Shown: positions 37,647 through 48,527 of the stretch, in pieces
Position numbering within the stretch: position 1 is the first letter of the stretch
Layout of the letters: each line of letters opens with the position of its first letter
Sequence record: OP292654.1
Strand: one strand, 5' to 3'
Length of the DNA: 64,000 bases
The notes under the pieces: model-generated
What the model saw: the letters and a program-made list of their open reading frames with translations, nothing else
Database searches by the model: none
Told to the model about the DNA's origin: nothing
Position numbers and translations under genes: made by a program

Positions 37647-38529
37647 GACCACCTGGGCGAATGAACAAGTGAAATCAGCACGGTCAAAGACTGTTATTGT
37701 AAACCTTGATGACATTCGCCAGACAATGGCTGGTTCACATAGCAACTACAAGTTCCGTAAAGACAACGAACAGTACGTGCAAAACGCTCAGTACAGTGCT
37801 GCGGTACATGCGGCTGCTAACAAGTGGAACATCATTGTTGGTGACACTGGACTGAATCCTTCCGTTCGTGCGAAGTGGAAAGAGTTCGCTAAAGAGCACG
37901 GTTACACTTACAAAGAACAAAACTTCTTTGAAGAATTCAAGAAAGGTAAAACTTTCATTCATGAGTTCTTCGCAGTTAAAGAGTATGTTAAACTGTGTAA
38001 AGAACGTAACCTGCTGCGTGAAAAATCAGTACCGGAAGAAGTAATTGACGGTATGGCAGAGAAGTACTTCTACAGTGCTTTCACTGCTCCAGTACCTACG
38101 AATACCGATCTTCCAGAAGCCATCGTTGTTGATATTGACGGTACTTTGGCTCACATGAATGGCAAACGTGGTCCATACGAAGAAAAGAAAGTCTCTGTTG
38201 ATGATCCAGACGCAGAAGTAATTCTGTCTGTACTGGCAGAAAAGAACTATCTTGGTCGTACTGTGATCATCATGAGTGGTCGTCACGAAACCTGTAAAGA
38301 AGATACTGAAGCATGGTTACAGAAGTACGGTATTCCATACGACCATATCTTCATGCGTGGTGCTGAAGACAGTCGCTCCGATGACATTGTTAAGTACGAA
38401 CTGTACATGAACAATGTCTTTGATAAGTTCGATGTGAAAAAAGTTTATGATGACCGCGATCAAGTTGTTCGTATGTGGCGTAAACTGCTGAAGTTGAAAG
38501 TACTTCAAGTCGAGTACGGTAACTTCTAA
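37603..38529 (+). CDS. pseT: Polynucleotide 5'-kinase/3'-phosphatase
   Basis: GLPGCGKTT P-loop; HAD motifs DIDGTLA, SGR, YDDR. Confidence 0.93.
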   Translation: MPQVTVTIGLPGCGKTTWANEQVKSARSKTVIVNLDDIRQTMAGSHSNYKFRKDNEQYVQNAQYSAAVHAAANKWNIIVGDTGLNPSVRAKWKEFAKEHGYTYKEQNFFEEFKKGKTFIHEFFAVKEYVKLCKERNLLREKSVPEEVIDGMAEKYFYSAFTAPVPTNTDLPEAIVVDIDGTLAHMNGKRGPYEEKKVSVDDPDAEVILSVLAEKNYLGRTVIIMSGRHETCKEDTEAWLQKYGIPYDHIFMRGAEDSRSDDIVKYELYMNNVFDKFDVKKVYDDRDQVVRMWRKLLKLKVLQVEYGNF

Positions 38530-38533
38530 CCCA

Positions 38534-38564
38534 AAAAGGGATACTTCGGTATCCCTTTCTTTTT
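38534..38564 (+). terminator. Intrinsic terminator with UUCG loop
   Basis: AAAGGGATAC-TTCG-GTATCCCTTT plus T-run. Confidence 0.85.
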
Positions 38565-39152
38565 AATTAAACAATATAAGGAGTACAACATGATTCACGT
38601 TGTATATACGATTTATAAAAAAGATAGCAAAGAACCTTACGATATTATCGCACAAAGTTCTGAAACTTACATCACCGCAATTGGTAGTACACTAGGTGTT
38701 GGTGGTCGTATGGATTCTCTTCGTAATATCTATCCAGAATCTGAATATGATATTTCCGTTGATGTACTTACCAGTTCTGGAAATCAAAATGAGTGATAAG
38801 ATAGTATTTGCTTGTGTAGTACTAGGATTTTTTGATGAAAATAACTACTCTTGGAGTGATATGTTTATTAACGCATCTCCAGAAGAAATTCATAATAGTC
38901 TTAAGACTAAGATTGATGTTTTCCGAAATAATCCAAACTACGAAATTTGTGATATAACCATTCATACTAAACATCATGGTTTTGATGAAGATGAATTCAT
39001 TGATGACTATTATGATATTATCATGGATGGAATGTATGACTGATTTCTTAAAGTACTTAGAAGAAGCAAGCCGAATTGTGGCTACTTGGCCTAAGTGGAA
39101 ACAAGATGGTTCAGATGTAACTAAATTTATTAAAACTGATAAGGATTAAAAT

Positions 39153-39317
39153 ATGAGCATTCTTTTCACCCTGATTTGGTTCGCGGCATTCATTCTGGTT
39201 ATTGTTTTCGCTAACAATCAGAATCGTAATGTTTTCATTTGGGGTTTAGTAGCATTAGTATTCTCCCCACTACTGGCACTTCTTGGCCTGTGGTTATTTG
39301 GTAAAAATTATGGCTAA
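39153..39317 (+). CDS. Small 2-TM membrane protein missing from the ORF track
   Basis: MSILFTLIWFAAFILVIVFANNQNRNVFIWGLVALVFSPLLALLGLWLFGKNYG; AAGGA SD. Confidence 0.65.
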   Translation: MSILFTLIWFAAFILVIVFANNQNRNVFIWGLVALVFSPLLALLGLWLFGKNYG

Positions 39318-39585
39318 CGAAGTACAATTTGTATTCCCCGAAGACCAATCAGAAGAAGTACAATTCGATTACATATCAGATATGATGGATGCTATCGAAG
39401 AAAGTACTTTTCATGAATTGGTCTTAAAAATTGATATTAACTATAAAAAAGAATGGATGATTGAAATCTACGAACATGCGGAAGAAGATGATCGTGATTC
39501 ATTTGATAGCTTAGAAATGGTTGATTGGTATACTGGAAAAACATTGAAGGATGTTTTTGATTATTTTATGGAGCGTTATATATGA
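39310..39585 (+). CDS. Acidic hypothetical protein
   Basis: ORF; start moved to MANEVQF. Confidence 0.7.
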   Translation: MANEVQFVFPEDQSEEVQFDYISDMMDAIEESTFHELVLKIDINYKKEWMIEIYEHAEEDDRDSFDSLEMVDWYTGKTLKDVFDYFMERYI

Positions 39586-39935
39586 GTGACGAACGTACAT
39601 TTGGAAAACTTCAGAATGAATTAGAAATTAACGGTTCATTTCGTAATGATGCTGACCGCGATTCTTTCATTCGTGACCTCCGAACTATGTATGATCTAGT
39701 TGTAGAATTCGACCGTGAATACTATGGCGATGATGAAGACGTAGACCCTAATGATTTATTTGAAAACTACACCCCTCTAACCTTAGAAGTACTAGACAAT
39801 ATATCTAAATCAATTCCGGTTGATGGTGATATGGTTTCTGAAGAAATCGAATTCATGATTAGCATTCTTGATGCTGGTGATCAAGACGATGCATTTGGTA
39901 GTAACGGTTGGCGTTATCGTTTAGGATGGGATTAA
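39582..39935 (+). CDS. Acidic hypothetical protein
   Basis: GGAG SD. Confidence 0.75.
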   Translation: MSDERTFGKLQNELEINGSFRNDADRDSFIRDLRTMYDLVVEFDREYYGDDEDVDPNDLFENYTPLTLEVLDNISKSIPVDGDMVSEEIEFMISILDAGDQDDAFGSNGWRYRLGWD

Positions 39936-40129
39936 TGATTGACATTCTTATTATTGTAGGAATTGCTTATCTAATTGGATTAGCCTTGACAATTATTGTA
40001 GGTAATACAATTGGTAAAAGCTGGGATGAACCACTTGGTTTTTGTATTGTAGCTGGTGTAGCAGTACTGTGGCCTGTTCTCGTTCCTGCCATTATCTATG
40101 AAGAATATAAGGACAGGAAAAGTAAATGA
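39935..40129 (+). CDS. Small 2-TM membrane protein
   Basis: Hydrophobic, LWP motif. Confidence 0.7.
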   Translation: MIDILIIVGIAYLIGLALTIIVGNTIGKSWDEPLGFCIVAGVAVLWPVLVPAIIYEEYKDRKSK

Positions 40130-40362
40130 CCACATTCCTCTCGATACTATGTATAGTACTGGTGGTTTATATCATCGGTGCTATCGTATCATTTGTACAT
40201 CATTTCGGTGAACTAACTGACGAAATTGATGTTGATAGTAGTCTAGGTATTATTTTTGCTTTATTCGCTTTCTTGATGGCGGTATTCGCAGGTGTGTTCT
40301 GGCCTATGATAATCTATCTAAAGATTGAAGAATATTTCAAAAAGGATAAGACTAATGTCTAA
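40126..40362 (+). CDS. Small 2-TM membrane protein
   Basis: Hydrophobic, FWP motif. Confidence 0.7.
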   Translation: MTTFLSILCIVLVVYIIGAIVSFVHHFGELTDEIDVDSSLGIIFALFAFLMAVFAGVFWPMIIYLKIEEYFKKDKTNV

Positions 40363-40714
40363 AATTTATGTAACTCCTGATGGTACAGAATTCACTTCTA
40401 AAGAAAGTGCTATGGAATATCAGGAACTTAAAAATTCTGATGACCAAGAATTTGCGTCACAAAGATTACAATATCTTAAACTAGCTGAAACTTCAGCTAT
40501 TGCTTTAGATGCTTTGCTTACTTTTCGTGAAAATTGCGAACATAAGTATGTTAAAGTTGAAGCCCATTCTGATACTGGTAATTGGTGTAAATCTGACGAT
40601 TCATATTGGTACAGCATTGAATGTAAATGCTGTGATAAACGTTGGAATGAAGATCAAAGTACTAGTCAATATCGTCGCGGTAATGACAAAAATGTTGAAT
40701 GGGTTGGAAGATGA
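40355..40714 (+). CDS. Hypothetical protein with Cys motifs
   Basis: CEH...C...CKCC. Confidence 0.7.
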   Translation: MSKIYVTPDGTEFTSKESAMEYQELKNSDDQEFASQRLQYLKLAETSAIALDALLTFRENCEHKYVKVEAHSDTGNWCKSDDSYWYSIECKCCDKRWNEDQSTSQYRRGNDKNVEWVGR

Positions 40715-40958
40715 TTGTAGCATTACACATTATTAGTGAATCATCAGATCACTATACTGAGTTGTTCGTTAACAAAACAGTTGAAGAAATTAAAACTGAA
40801 TTGTATGAGGGCATGGAATGGTTTGCACCTGTTGGTGACTATTATTATGCGTTTGATGATGAAACAACTGATGCAGAAGAAAAAGCAGTTAAACAAATGA
40901 TTTCACAATGGGTAGATGATTCGTGGAATCGTGAAGATAATGAAGAAGAAGATTACTA

Positions 40959-41207
40959 ATGAGTGAATTAACTCCACGTGAACAACTGGCTGTAGCAGTA
41001 AACAAAATTGACCAAGCAATTGCCGATGCTATCGCAATTGCCGATGAACACGGTCTAAGCTTTGATCTTGATGTATCTTATGGTATGGGTGGTACATATT
41101 ACCCACCAGCAATGCTTCAGGATGAAGAAGATGGTTCGTGGTTAGTGGAAGAATACTATCTTGACGCAGATCAAGGTGGTTGGGTAGCATCAAGTCAAAC
41201 TTGTTAA
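40959..41207 (+). CDS. Small acidic protein (W..SS..C C-terminus)
   Basis: GGWVASSQTC. Confidence 0.75.
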   Translation: MSELTPREQLAVAVNKIDQAIADAIAIADEHGLSFDLDVSYGMGGTYYPPAMLQDEEDGSWLVEEYYLDADQGGWVASSQTC

Positions 41208-41216
41208 GGTACTGTA

Positions 41217-41459
41217 ATGAGCAAAGCAAAACGTTTATCTCAAATTGAGAAAGAAATTAAAGCACTAATCAAAGAAGGTGAAGAACTGGCTAATGAAACT
41301 GGTCAGGAATTCAGCGTCATGGATGAAACATTCTATCCAGGCAGCAAGATTAAAGAAATGTGCGATGAAGATTCAGATAACTATCAATATCTGGATGATT
41401 GGTACGCTGAAGAATACGGTGATACTGGTCGTTGGATGGGTAGCTCTGACTTCTGCTAA
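41217..41459 (+). CDS. Small acidic protein (W..SS..C C-terminus)
   Basis: GRWMGSSDFC. Confidence 0.75.
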   Translation: MSKAKRLSQIEKEIKALIKEGEELANETGQEFSVMDETFYPGSKIKEMCDEDSDNYQYLDDWYAEEYGDTGRWMGSSDFC

Positions 41460-41508
41460 TATCATTGGGGAATTATATTCCCCATTTTAATTTAAACTGG
41501 AGATAATT

Positions 41509-42168
41509 ATGACAGTTATCGAAGCAATTGAAGCACGTATTGAAGAATTAACTAAAAAACGTGAATCTAACAAACAAGCTATGCAACCACTGTATAAAGA
41601 AAACAGCATGTTAACTGATGAAATTCAGGAACTACAGGCTCAAGTACTGAAATTACAAGCAGAGGCTATTAGTACTGAAGAAGATATGATCAAGTTCTAT
41701 ATCAAGGATGATGGTATGTCTCATGGTATGGATCATTATCATGCTCGTAAACGTTTCTTTGAATCTATCGGCCTTGATGTAAGTGGTTATTATCCAAAAA
41801 CTGAACAATGTGGGTTCCAAGTAAGCATTGATAGCTCTGGTTCTAATATTGACAGTACTGTTGCTGGTATTAACAAAGTACTTCCATACATGATTCCGTT
41901 CGATGGTTCTGAATATGATCGTGGTGAAATCATTCACTTCAGTATTTTTGAATACACTTGTTCTGAATATGGTTCTTATAGTCTTATCTACGATAAAGAT
42001 AAAGAAGAATGGGCTATTTCTATTATCGCATGGCATCGCCGCCGTGAAGTAAAAGCATTTAAACTTTTACGTGAAGCATTAGAATATCTTGCTGAACACC
42101 ATCATTCTGATTATCCAGAAGATGAAGAAGAAGACGACGATGAATTTGACGGCTATCATATGCCTTAA
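41509..42168 (+). CDS. Hypothetical protein with N-terminal coiled coil
   Basis: GGAG SD. Confidence 0.8.
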   Translation: MTVIEAIEARIEELTKKRESNKQAMQPLYKENSMLTDEIQELQAQVLKLQAEAISTEEDMIKFYIKDDGMSHGMDHYHARKRFFESIGLDVSGYYPKTEQCGFQVSIDSSGSNIDSTVAGINKVLPYMIPFDGSEYDRGEIIHFSIFEYTCSEYGSYSLIYDKDKEEWAISIIAWHRRREVKAFKLLREALEYLAEHHHSDYPEDEEEDDDEFDGYHMP

Positions 42169-42171
42169 CCA

Positions 42172-43086
42172 TTGGTGATTATTATGTTGATTATTGGTAG
42201 TAATAGTGAAGTTAATTTCATGCGTAAAAATAATATTCGTGATTTTGACGCAATGATGACTCATGCAGAATATGAAAAATGGTCTGCACGATTACAAGAT
42301 ACTGTAGAAATTGAACGTACTGAAGATTATGCACATCTGTTATATACAGACAGTGAAATGCCAGAATTTCAGAAAAATATTGAAATCTATTTTGGTCATT
42401 CTAATAACAGTACTGAACAATTGATCAATTATTGTAATGCTGATAATCGTACTGTTCGTGCTGGGTTAAATGTTATGTACGCAATTAAAATGTCACATCG
42501 CTATCTGCGTAATTCACCGCACTTCATTAAAACGCATCGTGATATTATGATGATGCGTAAGATGGGTGCTAATATGGATGATCCTGTATTATACGAAATC
42601 TTCAAACTTCGTGAGAAAGAAACGTATAACTACAAACATCCAGTACTGGATCAGGCTAAAGCCTCATTCTTTAGTGGTGATGGGGTTAATTACATATATG
42701 ACCATGATACTATTCATGAAGCAATTATGATTGACGATAAACCAGCGTACATGAATTATATTGTTGAAGGTGCTGATGTAATGACGAGTAAAGAGAAATT
42801 CTTTGCTCAACCTGAACGTATTAAATTGCTCGGTGTTTATGAGGAAACTTGTGTTCTAGCTTTAGAGCGTTCACAAATTCCTAATAACTTCGAGATTGAT
42901 CCTCGCAGTTCTTTTGTAACTGCGTTAATTAAAGTGTGTACCAGCATTACCTCTGGATGGTTCAGGGAATACGCTTGGGAAAACTTTAACACTATCATTA
43001 CTATGTATCGTGAACGTGGTGAAACTGATTATGTAAATAGGTTCCACCAGAACGAAGAAGTACTGAAACCACATGAGGTAAAATGA
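42172..43086 (+). CDS. Nucleotidyltransferase-like conserved phage protein
   Basis: LIIGS...RDFD; YDHDTIHEAI; start uncertain. Confidence 0.6.
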   Translation: MVIIMLIIGSNSEVNFMRKNNIRDFDAMMTHAEYEKWSARLQDTVEIERTEDYAHLLYTDSEMPEFQKNIEIYFGHSNNSTEQLINYCNADNRTVRAGLNVMYAIKMSHRYLRNSPHFIKTHRDIMMMRKMGANMDDPVLYEIFKLREKETYNYKHPVLDQAKASFFSGDGVNYIYDHDTIHEAIMIDDKPAYMNYIVEGADVMTSKEKFFAQPERIKLLGVYEETCVLALERSQIPNNFEIDPRSSFVTALIKVCTSITSGWFREYAWENFNTIITMYRERGETDYVNRFHQNEEVLKPHEVK

Positions 43087-43328
43087 TGAACATCAATTGG
43101 GATTTATTGATTTGCCTATATGGGTTGGGTGCTGCCATTTCGTTCATTACCTATATAATTTTTCTTCATAAACAAGAAGAACGTGATATTAGTATGAATG
43201 CCTTACAATTGTTTGGTATGTTACTACTTATCATTATTTTTTGGTGGCTTGAAGTAATTTGTCAAATAGGTTTATTGTTATACAAATGGTTATCTAAACC
43301 TATTATTAAAAAGAGGAAAGCCACATGA
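43083..43328 (+). CDS. Small membrane protein
   Basis: Two hydrophobic segments. Confidence 0.7.
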   Translation: MMNINWDLLICLYGLGAAISFITYIIFLHKQEERDISMNALQLFGMLLLIIIFWWLEVICQIGLLLYKWLSKPIIKKRKAT

Positions 43329-44104
43329 GCTTTGTAAAAGTTATTGACATTCCTGATGATAAAAATGTTTATTTCATTGGTGATATTCATGGGAACTTCG
43401 AATTGTTCCAACGTTCATTGAATGAACTAGGCATCACTGATGATGATGTATTAATTAGTGTTGGTGATTTAGTTGACCGTGGTCAATATAATGCCAAAAC
43501 TTTATTCGAATTCCTGAATAAAGAAAACCGTCATATGGTTCTAGGCAACCATGAACGTATGATGATGGACGCACGTAATAGCCGTGAATGGGATATGTGC
43601 TGGAAACAAAATGGTGGTCAGAAAACTCTTGATGAAATTGGTCAGCCTGGTATTAATCACTTCTGTACTTTACTAGAAGAAGTACCATATTTGATTGAAG
43701 TAAATCATCGTGGATATAAAATTGGTGTAGCACATGCTGGTATACCACACTATCCAAGCATCAATACATGGGATCTCATTAAGGAATATACTGAAAATAA
43801 TCCTGAGTACCGTTATCAGTTGATTTGGGATCGTGATGCGATTCAGTACGCAATTTATGATCATCAAGTACCACCAAAAGAAAAATTAGAAGCTGTAGTT
43901 GAAGGTGTTGATTATGTAATTCATGGTCATACTGGAGTTGAAGAACCTTTGGTATTTGGGAACCGTGTCTGGTTAGATACCCAATTCCGAAATGGTTCAT
44001 TTACTATTGGACAGATGGATACAGAAACAATGACGATGAAATTTGTCGCCGCTGTTCCTGATGCATGGGGTCCACAAGCAGGTTTCACAATCAAGGAATA
44101 CTAA
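43325..44104 (+). CDS. Ser/Thr protein phosphatase (lambda NinI/PrpA-like)
   Basis: GDIHG, GDLVDRG, GNHE, HAG, HGHT. Confidence 0.92.
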   Translation: MSFVKVIDIPDDKNVYFIGDIHGNFELFQRSLNELGITDDDVLISVGDLVDRGQYNAKTLFEFLNKENRHMVLGNHERMMMDARNSREWDMCWKQNGGQKTLDEIGQPGINHFCTLLEEVPYLIEVNHRGYKIGVAHAGIPHYPSINTWDLIKEYTENNPEYRYQLIWDRDAIQYAIYDHQVPPKEKLEAVVEGVDYVIHGHTGVEEPLVFGNRVWLDTQFRNGSFTIGQMDTETMTMKFVAAVPDAWGPQAGFTIKEY

Positions 44105-44574
44105 TGCGTTTATATAGCATCACAAATATGTATATGGCTGGCATTCATGCTGGCATCCAGACTCAGCATAGTACTGCTGAGTTGTTTGTAAAATATCCAA
44201 TGACTAATTCAGCAACTTCCCATTTAGGAAATGTTGTGTACACTTGGGCTAAGTATGCTAAAACTACTGTTGTTTTAAATGGTGGTATGCATGATGCTTT
44301 GTGTAGTCTTCTGGAATTGATGGAAGAATGGGAACGACATGACCCACAAGAAGTAATGCCGTTCGCCCCGTTCTTCGAACCAGGTGTAAATAACGCACTG
44401 ACAAGTATCAGTATTGTTATGGATGATGTTGCTGTTGATTATATGTCACGTATTCGCAGTACTAAACCTGATACTGAAGAATACGCACAATTAAAACTGG
44501 AAATGCATGACTCATACGGTCGTTACGGTATTCCAGTACTTGAAGCAATCGCATTTTTACCACTAGCAAAATAA
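44104..44574 (+). CDS. Pth2-like peptidyl-tRNA hydrolase family protein
   Basis: GIHAGIQTQHS, W...KTTVVLNGG, FFEPGVNNALTS. Confidence 0.6.
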   Translation: MRLYSITNMYMAGIHAGIQTQHSTAELFVKYPMTNSATSHLGNVVYTWAKYAKTTVVLNGGMHDALCSLLELMEEWERHDPQEVMPFAPFFEPGVNNALTSISIVMDDVAVDYMSRIRSTKPDTEEYAQLKLEMHDSYGRYGIPVLEAIAFLPLAK

Positions 44575-44587
44575 GAGAGCAAAAACT

Positions 44588-45814
44588 ATGGCTGTTATTC
44601 CTGAGAAGTTTTATGTTACACGTGTATATCGTTCAGCAGAAGAAATGCTTGGTTGGATGGTTGTAGCAGATAACGAAGAAACAAAAAAATTCAAACAAAC
44701 AAAAGAACGTGCTGATCGTTGGGCTACTCCATATCATAATTCTACTCAGAAAGCTATGGAACCAATCTATGTTGATAATACCCCACGTACTGGTTTCCGT
44801 ATGGTTACTAACGTAAGTCGTTATAGTACTTCTAACGTTGTGTGGCGTATTATGCATCCAGAAGGTTTCGAGTTCGAGATTACTTCTGATAATCTTTGTG
44901 ATCTTCTGGAAACGAACACTATTGTTGAGGGTGAATTCCAGGATGCGTTGTTCTTCACACATAATAAGAAATTGGTTAATGAGAAAACAAAACTGTTCGC
45001 AGATTTGATTGCTCGTGAAGAACATAAACAAGAGCAAAAGAAGAATGCTCAAGAAGTTGAAGTTGGTGATATTCTAACTTTTCCATTAGAGCAAACTACT
45101 GCTAATTCTGGTAATCAGCAACAAAGCCCAGCTTCAGTAACTGTTGTGTATTGTGGTAAGTATCATGCTATCAACATTTCTAAAAATAATAGTTCTGAAT
45201 TCACATCAAAAAGCTCTCTTAAATTTGTTGTGAAGAATACTGCTGATAATCGTTATTATGCTCTTAGTAAACTGCCAGATTTTAATATTGGTGGTAATGT
45301 TGAAGTTGATCGTGCCACTGTTATTTCAGAAATGAATGAACAAATTCGTAATACACACGAATACACTGGTTCAGCATATTATCAGATTAACTATATTCCA
45401 AATGCTTTGGAAATTATGTTCCTGAACGAGAAGCCATATAAGCTTGAAGATACTCATGTAGAATATCATGAAGTACCGTTCAGTACTGTAAATTACTTAG
45501 AAAATAATAAAATTTATCGTATTGACCAAAATAACAAAATGACTTCATTCCGTCAGGAATACACTCAACAAACATATAACGGTCCACGTACTGATTATTC
45601 TCATTACAGTTCACGTGATCCACAAACCAGTTACTTCAACTATTATAGTAATGTAAATTATACATTAGCTGGGATTGTTTGTGTTCGTATTACTGGATAT
45701 AATGAAAATGGTTCACCTATTACTAATGTAGGTCGGTATTCTTCATATCGCAATAGTGATTACACGAACTATCCACTACCTCAAACAATTGAAGTAGGTT
45801 ATTACACTCTATAA
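44588..45814 (+). CDS. Conserved hypothetical phage protein
   Basis: Long ORF; HPEGFEFEITSDNL. Confidence 0.8.
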   Translation: MAVIPEKFYVTRVYRSAEEMLGWMVVADNEETKKFKQTKERADRWATPYHNSTQKAMEPIYVDNTPRTGFRMVTNVSRYSTSNVVWRIMHPEGFEFEITSDNLCDLLETNTIVEGEFQDALFFTHNKKLVNEKTKLFADLIAREEHKQEQKKNAQEVEVGDILTFPLEQTTANSGNQQQSPASVTVVYCGKYHAINISKNNSSEFTSKSSLKFVVKNTADNRYYALSKLPDFNIGGNVEVDRATVISEMNEQIRNTHEYTGSAYYQINYIPNALEIMFLNEKPYKLEDTHVEYHEVPFSTVNYLENNKIYRIDQNNKMTSFRQEYTQQTYNGPRTDYSHYSSRDPQTSYFNYYSNVNYTLAGIVCVRITGYNENGSPITNVGRYSSYRNSDYTNYPLPQTIEVGYYTL

Positions 45815-45823
45815 GGAAATAGA

Positions 45824-47242
45824 ATGTCTGTTTTAGATATTATCTTAGAAATTAAAGAAACTTCTAGTACTAATGCTAAGAAGGAAATTCTCACTGAGAA
45901 TATCAATAACGTAGACCTCAAACGTGCCATTCATTTGGCACTTGAGCCATCTATTGTTAGTGGGATTAAAAAGATTCCAGAACCATTTGAGACAGACCAA
46001 AAGCTGACTCTAAGTGAAGCACTGGATCAATTGGACAATCTATATAACCGTGAAGTAACTGGTAATGCTGCTCGTCACTTTCTAAGTGAACTACTCGGTT
46101 CTTTAGATGAAGACGACGCTGAAGTTATTCGTCGGGTAGTACTGAAGAATCTTGATTGTGGTATTCAAGAAAAAAATGCTAATGATGTATATGGTAAGGA
46201 TTTCATTAAAGATGAACCTTATATGCGTTGTTCATTAGTAACAGAAAAGACTATTCCAAATATCACTTCATTCAAAACTCATGGCTATGCTGTCTCTGAG
46301 ATTAAGATGGATGGTCAATATTTGAACAGTGCTGTAGTTAATAACACCTTGCTTTGTACCTCACGAAATGGTAAAATCTATGACTTCCTGGGACATAAAG
46401 ACCAGGACATGATTGAATTAGCTACTGCTGTACAGAATATTGATGACCGTTTTGAAAGTGGTGTAGTCTTTAACGGTGAATGCCTAGTACTTGATACTAA
46501 CGGGAATATTCTTCCACGTGAAACCGGTAATGGTATTATTCAGAAAGCTGGAAAAGATAGTATTTCTGACTCAGAAGCTATGCGTGTAGTATTCGTACTA
46601 TGGGATGTAATACCATTTGATTGTTTCCGTAATGGGTTATGGAATGTTGAACGTAAAGAGCGTCGTGAACTTCTGGAAGCAGCGATCAGTACTATTGATT
46701 CAGAGTTTGTTCGTTTAGTTGAGTACCGTAAAGTTTCTGACATTGGTGAAGCATTCGACCATAATACTCAAGCAATTGAGAATGGAGAAGAAGGTGTTAT
46801 TCTAAAATGTGAAAGTGGCATTTGGAAGTCTCATACTTCACCTAAACAGCTTAAATTGAAACTGAAGATGCAAATTGATTTGCGTGTAATTGGTTACAAT
46901 GAAGGCGAAGGAAAACGTAAAGGTATGATTGGCTCCTTGATTTTAGAATCAGAGGATGGTATACTTGAAGTCGGTTGCGGTACTGGTATCAAAGAAAAAG
47001 GTGCTGAGTGGACATTCCAAACGATGATGGATCGTTGGGATGAAATTGAGAACTGTATTTGTACCGTTGAAAGTACTGCGATTACTGTTGATAAGCGTAC
47101 TGGTCGTCCGAGTTTGTTCTTACCTGTTTGGGTAGAATTCCGCTTCGATAAAGACACTGGTGATACTTATGAGCGTATTCAAGAAATTCGTGACAGTGCT
47201 GTACATGTTTTACGCGAGAAATTAGCTCGTTTAGAAGGATAA
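45824..47242 (+). CDS. ATP-dependent DNA ligase (T4 gp30-like)
   Basis: EIKMDG, FNGEC, LWDVI, EGVILK, FLPV. Confidence 0.93.
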   Translation: MSVLDIILEIKETSSTNAKKEILTENINNVDLKRAIHLALEPSIVSGIKKIPEPFETDQKLTLSEALDQLDNLYNREVTGNAARHFLSELLGSLDEDDAEVIRRVVLKNLDCGIQEKNANDVYGKDFIKDEPYMRCSLVTEKTIPNITSFKTHGYAVSEIKMDGQYLNSAVVNNTLLCTSRNGKIYDFLGHKDQDMIELATAVQNIDDRFESGVVFNGECLVLDTNGNILPRETGNGIIQKAGKDSISDSEAMRVVFVLWDVIPFDCFRNGLWNVERKERRELLEAAISTIDSEFVRLVEYRKVSDIGEAFDHNTQAIENGEEGVILKCESGIWKSHTSPKQLKLKLKMQIDLRVIGYNEGEGKRKGMIGSLILESEDGILEVGCGTGIKEKGAEWTFQTMMDRWDEIENCICTVESTAITVDKRTGRPSLFLPVWVEFRFDKDTGDTYERIQEIRDSAVHVLREKLARLEG

Positions 47243-47302
47243 AAAGTCCTTGACAGGCGGCGGATTTCTGGTAGAATGATTCACATCAAAGGGAGATTCA
47301 CT

Positions 47303-48088
47303 ATGAAATTCGCTGTTATGTCCGACATGCACGGATATATTAATTTTATCCATGAACTGGAAGATCAGAAAGATACTATTCTGCTGATTCCTGGTGATTT
47401 GGGAGAAGTTTGTCGTACTTCTTACGGCGAACATGTTCAAATTCTGGCTGATAAGTACAAAGAAGTACTGTTGGTTCCAGGCAACCATGAATACTACAAA
47501 GGTAATATTCATCGAACCCATGATCGTTTAACTAAGCTGGATGATTCAATTGAGAACTTCCATTTCTTACAAGATAACTTCCACATCTTTGATGATGTAA
47601 TGGTTATTGGAAGTACTTTGTGGACTGATTTTGACGGGAGCAATCCATTGACCCGTTATCTGGCATCTATTGAGATGAACGATTACAAACATATTAGGCA
47701 CGGACCAGTGACCGTGCCGTGGCAACGCAAGCTGAAACCTGAAGACGTTGAGGCTATGCACCACATATCCAAAACTTATATCAAAAAAGCGGTTGACAAC
47801 GTTCGTGAAACGTGCGATACTATGAAAGTACTGGTGATGACTCACCATGCTCCTAGTTTCCAAAGTGTACCTGAAATGTATATCGGTGATAAACTGAATG
47901 GTTGTTATTGTTCATTCATGGATTATTATATCGGTGAGTTGAATCCGCAAGTTTGGGTACATGGTCACATACATCAATCAGCAGATTATATGATTGGCGA
48001 TACTCGCGTAATCTGTAATCCTCGTGGTTATGGTCAACGTGCGTCTGAAAATCCAAACTTTAACAGTAACTTAACGTTCGAGGTATAA
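47303..48088 (+). CDS. Calcineurin-like metallophosphoesterase
   Basis: SDMH, PGD, PGNHEYY, THHAP, HGHIH; upstream TTGACA...TAGAAT. Confidence 0.88.
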   Translation: MKFAVMSDMHGYINFIHELEDQKDTILLIPGDLGEVCRTSYGEHVQILADKYKEVLLVPGNHEYYKGNIHRTHDRLTKLDDSIENFHFLQDNFHIFDDVMVIGSTLWTDFDGSNPLTRYLASIEMNDYKHIRHGPVTVPWQRKLKPEDVEAMHHISKTYIKKAVDNVRETCDTMKVLVMTHHAPSFQSVPEMYIGDKLNGCYCSFMDYYIGELNPQVWVHGHIHQSADYMIGDTRVICNPRGYGQRASENPNFNSNLTFEV

Positions 48089-48090
48089 TC

Positions 48091-48516
48091 GTGGCAGGTA
48101 ATGACTCTTTAATGCGTCTTATGCAAATGGTTGCTAAGAACACGCAAGTAACTGTTAATGGTCAAACAACCATTTTTAGTGAAATGGTAGTAAAGAAAAC
48201 TTCTGATGGCGGTACTGTCGTTATGATTGACGGGATACCAGTTGTTGGAGATGATGTTGAAATAAACATCGAAGTAAATGGTGATGTTGAATCCATTACT
48301 CTAGGTTCAGGCACAATTACTTGTGCGAATGTAACCAATGGAATTAGTACTGTCTCCGGTGATGTATGCTGTAATGATGTTCAAGGTAACATCACCACTA
48401 CATCTGGAGACATTGATTGTGATGATGTTGCTGGGAATGTGAATACTATTTCTGGCGATGTTAACTGTGATGATATTAATGGTAACGTAAGTACCATTTC
48501 TGGCGATATTTACTAA
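48091..48516 (+). CDS. Beta-solenoid repeat protein (DUF4097/bactofilin-like)
   Basis: Repeats of (S/T)T(V/I)SGD(V/I).C.D(V/I).GN. Confidence 0.7.
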   Translation: MAGNDSLMRLMQMVAKNTQVTVNGQTTIFSEMVVKKTSDGGTVVMIDGIPVVGDDVEINIEVNGDVESITLGSGTITCANVTNGISTVSGDVCCNDVQGNITTTSGDIDCDDVAGNVNTISGDVNCDDINGNVSTISGDIY

Positions 48517-48527
48517 AGGATAAAATT

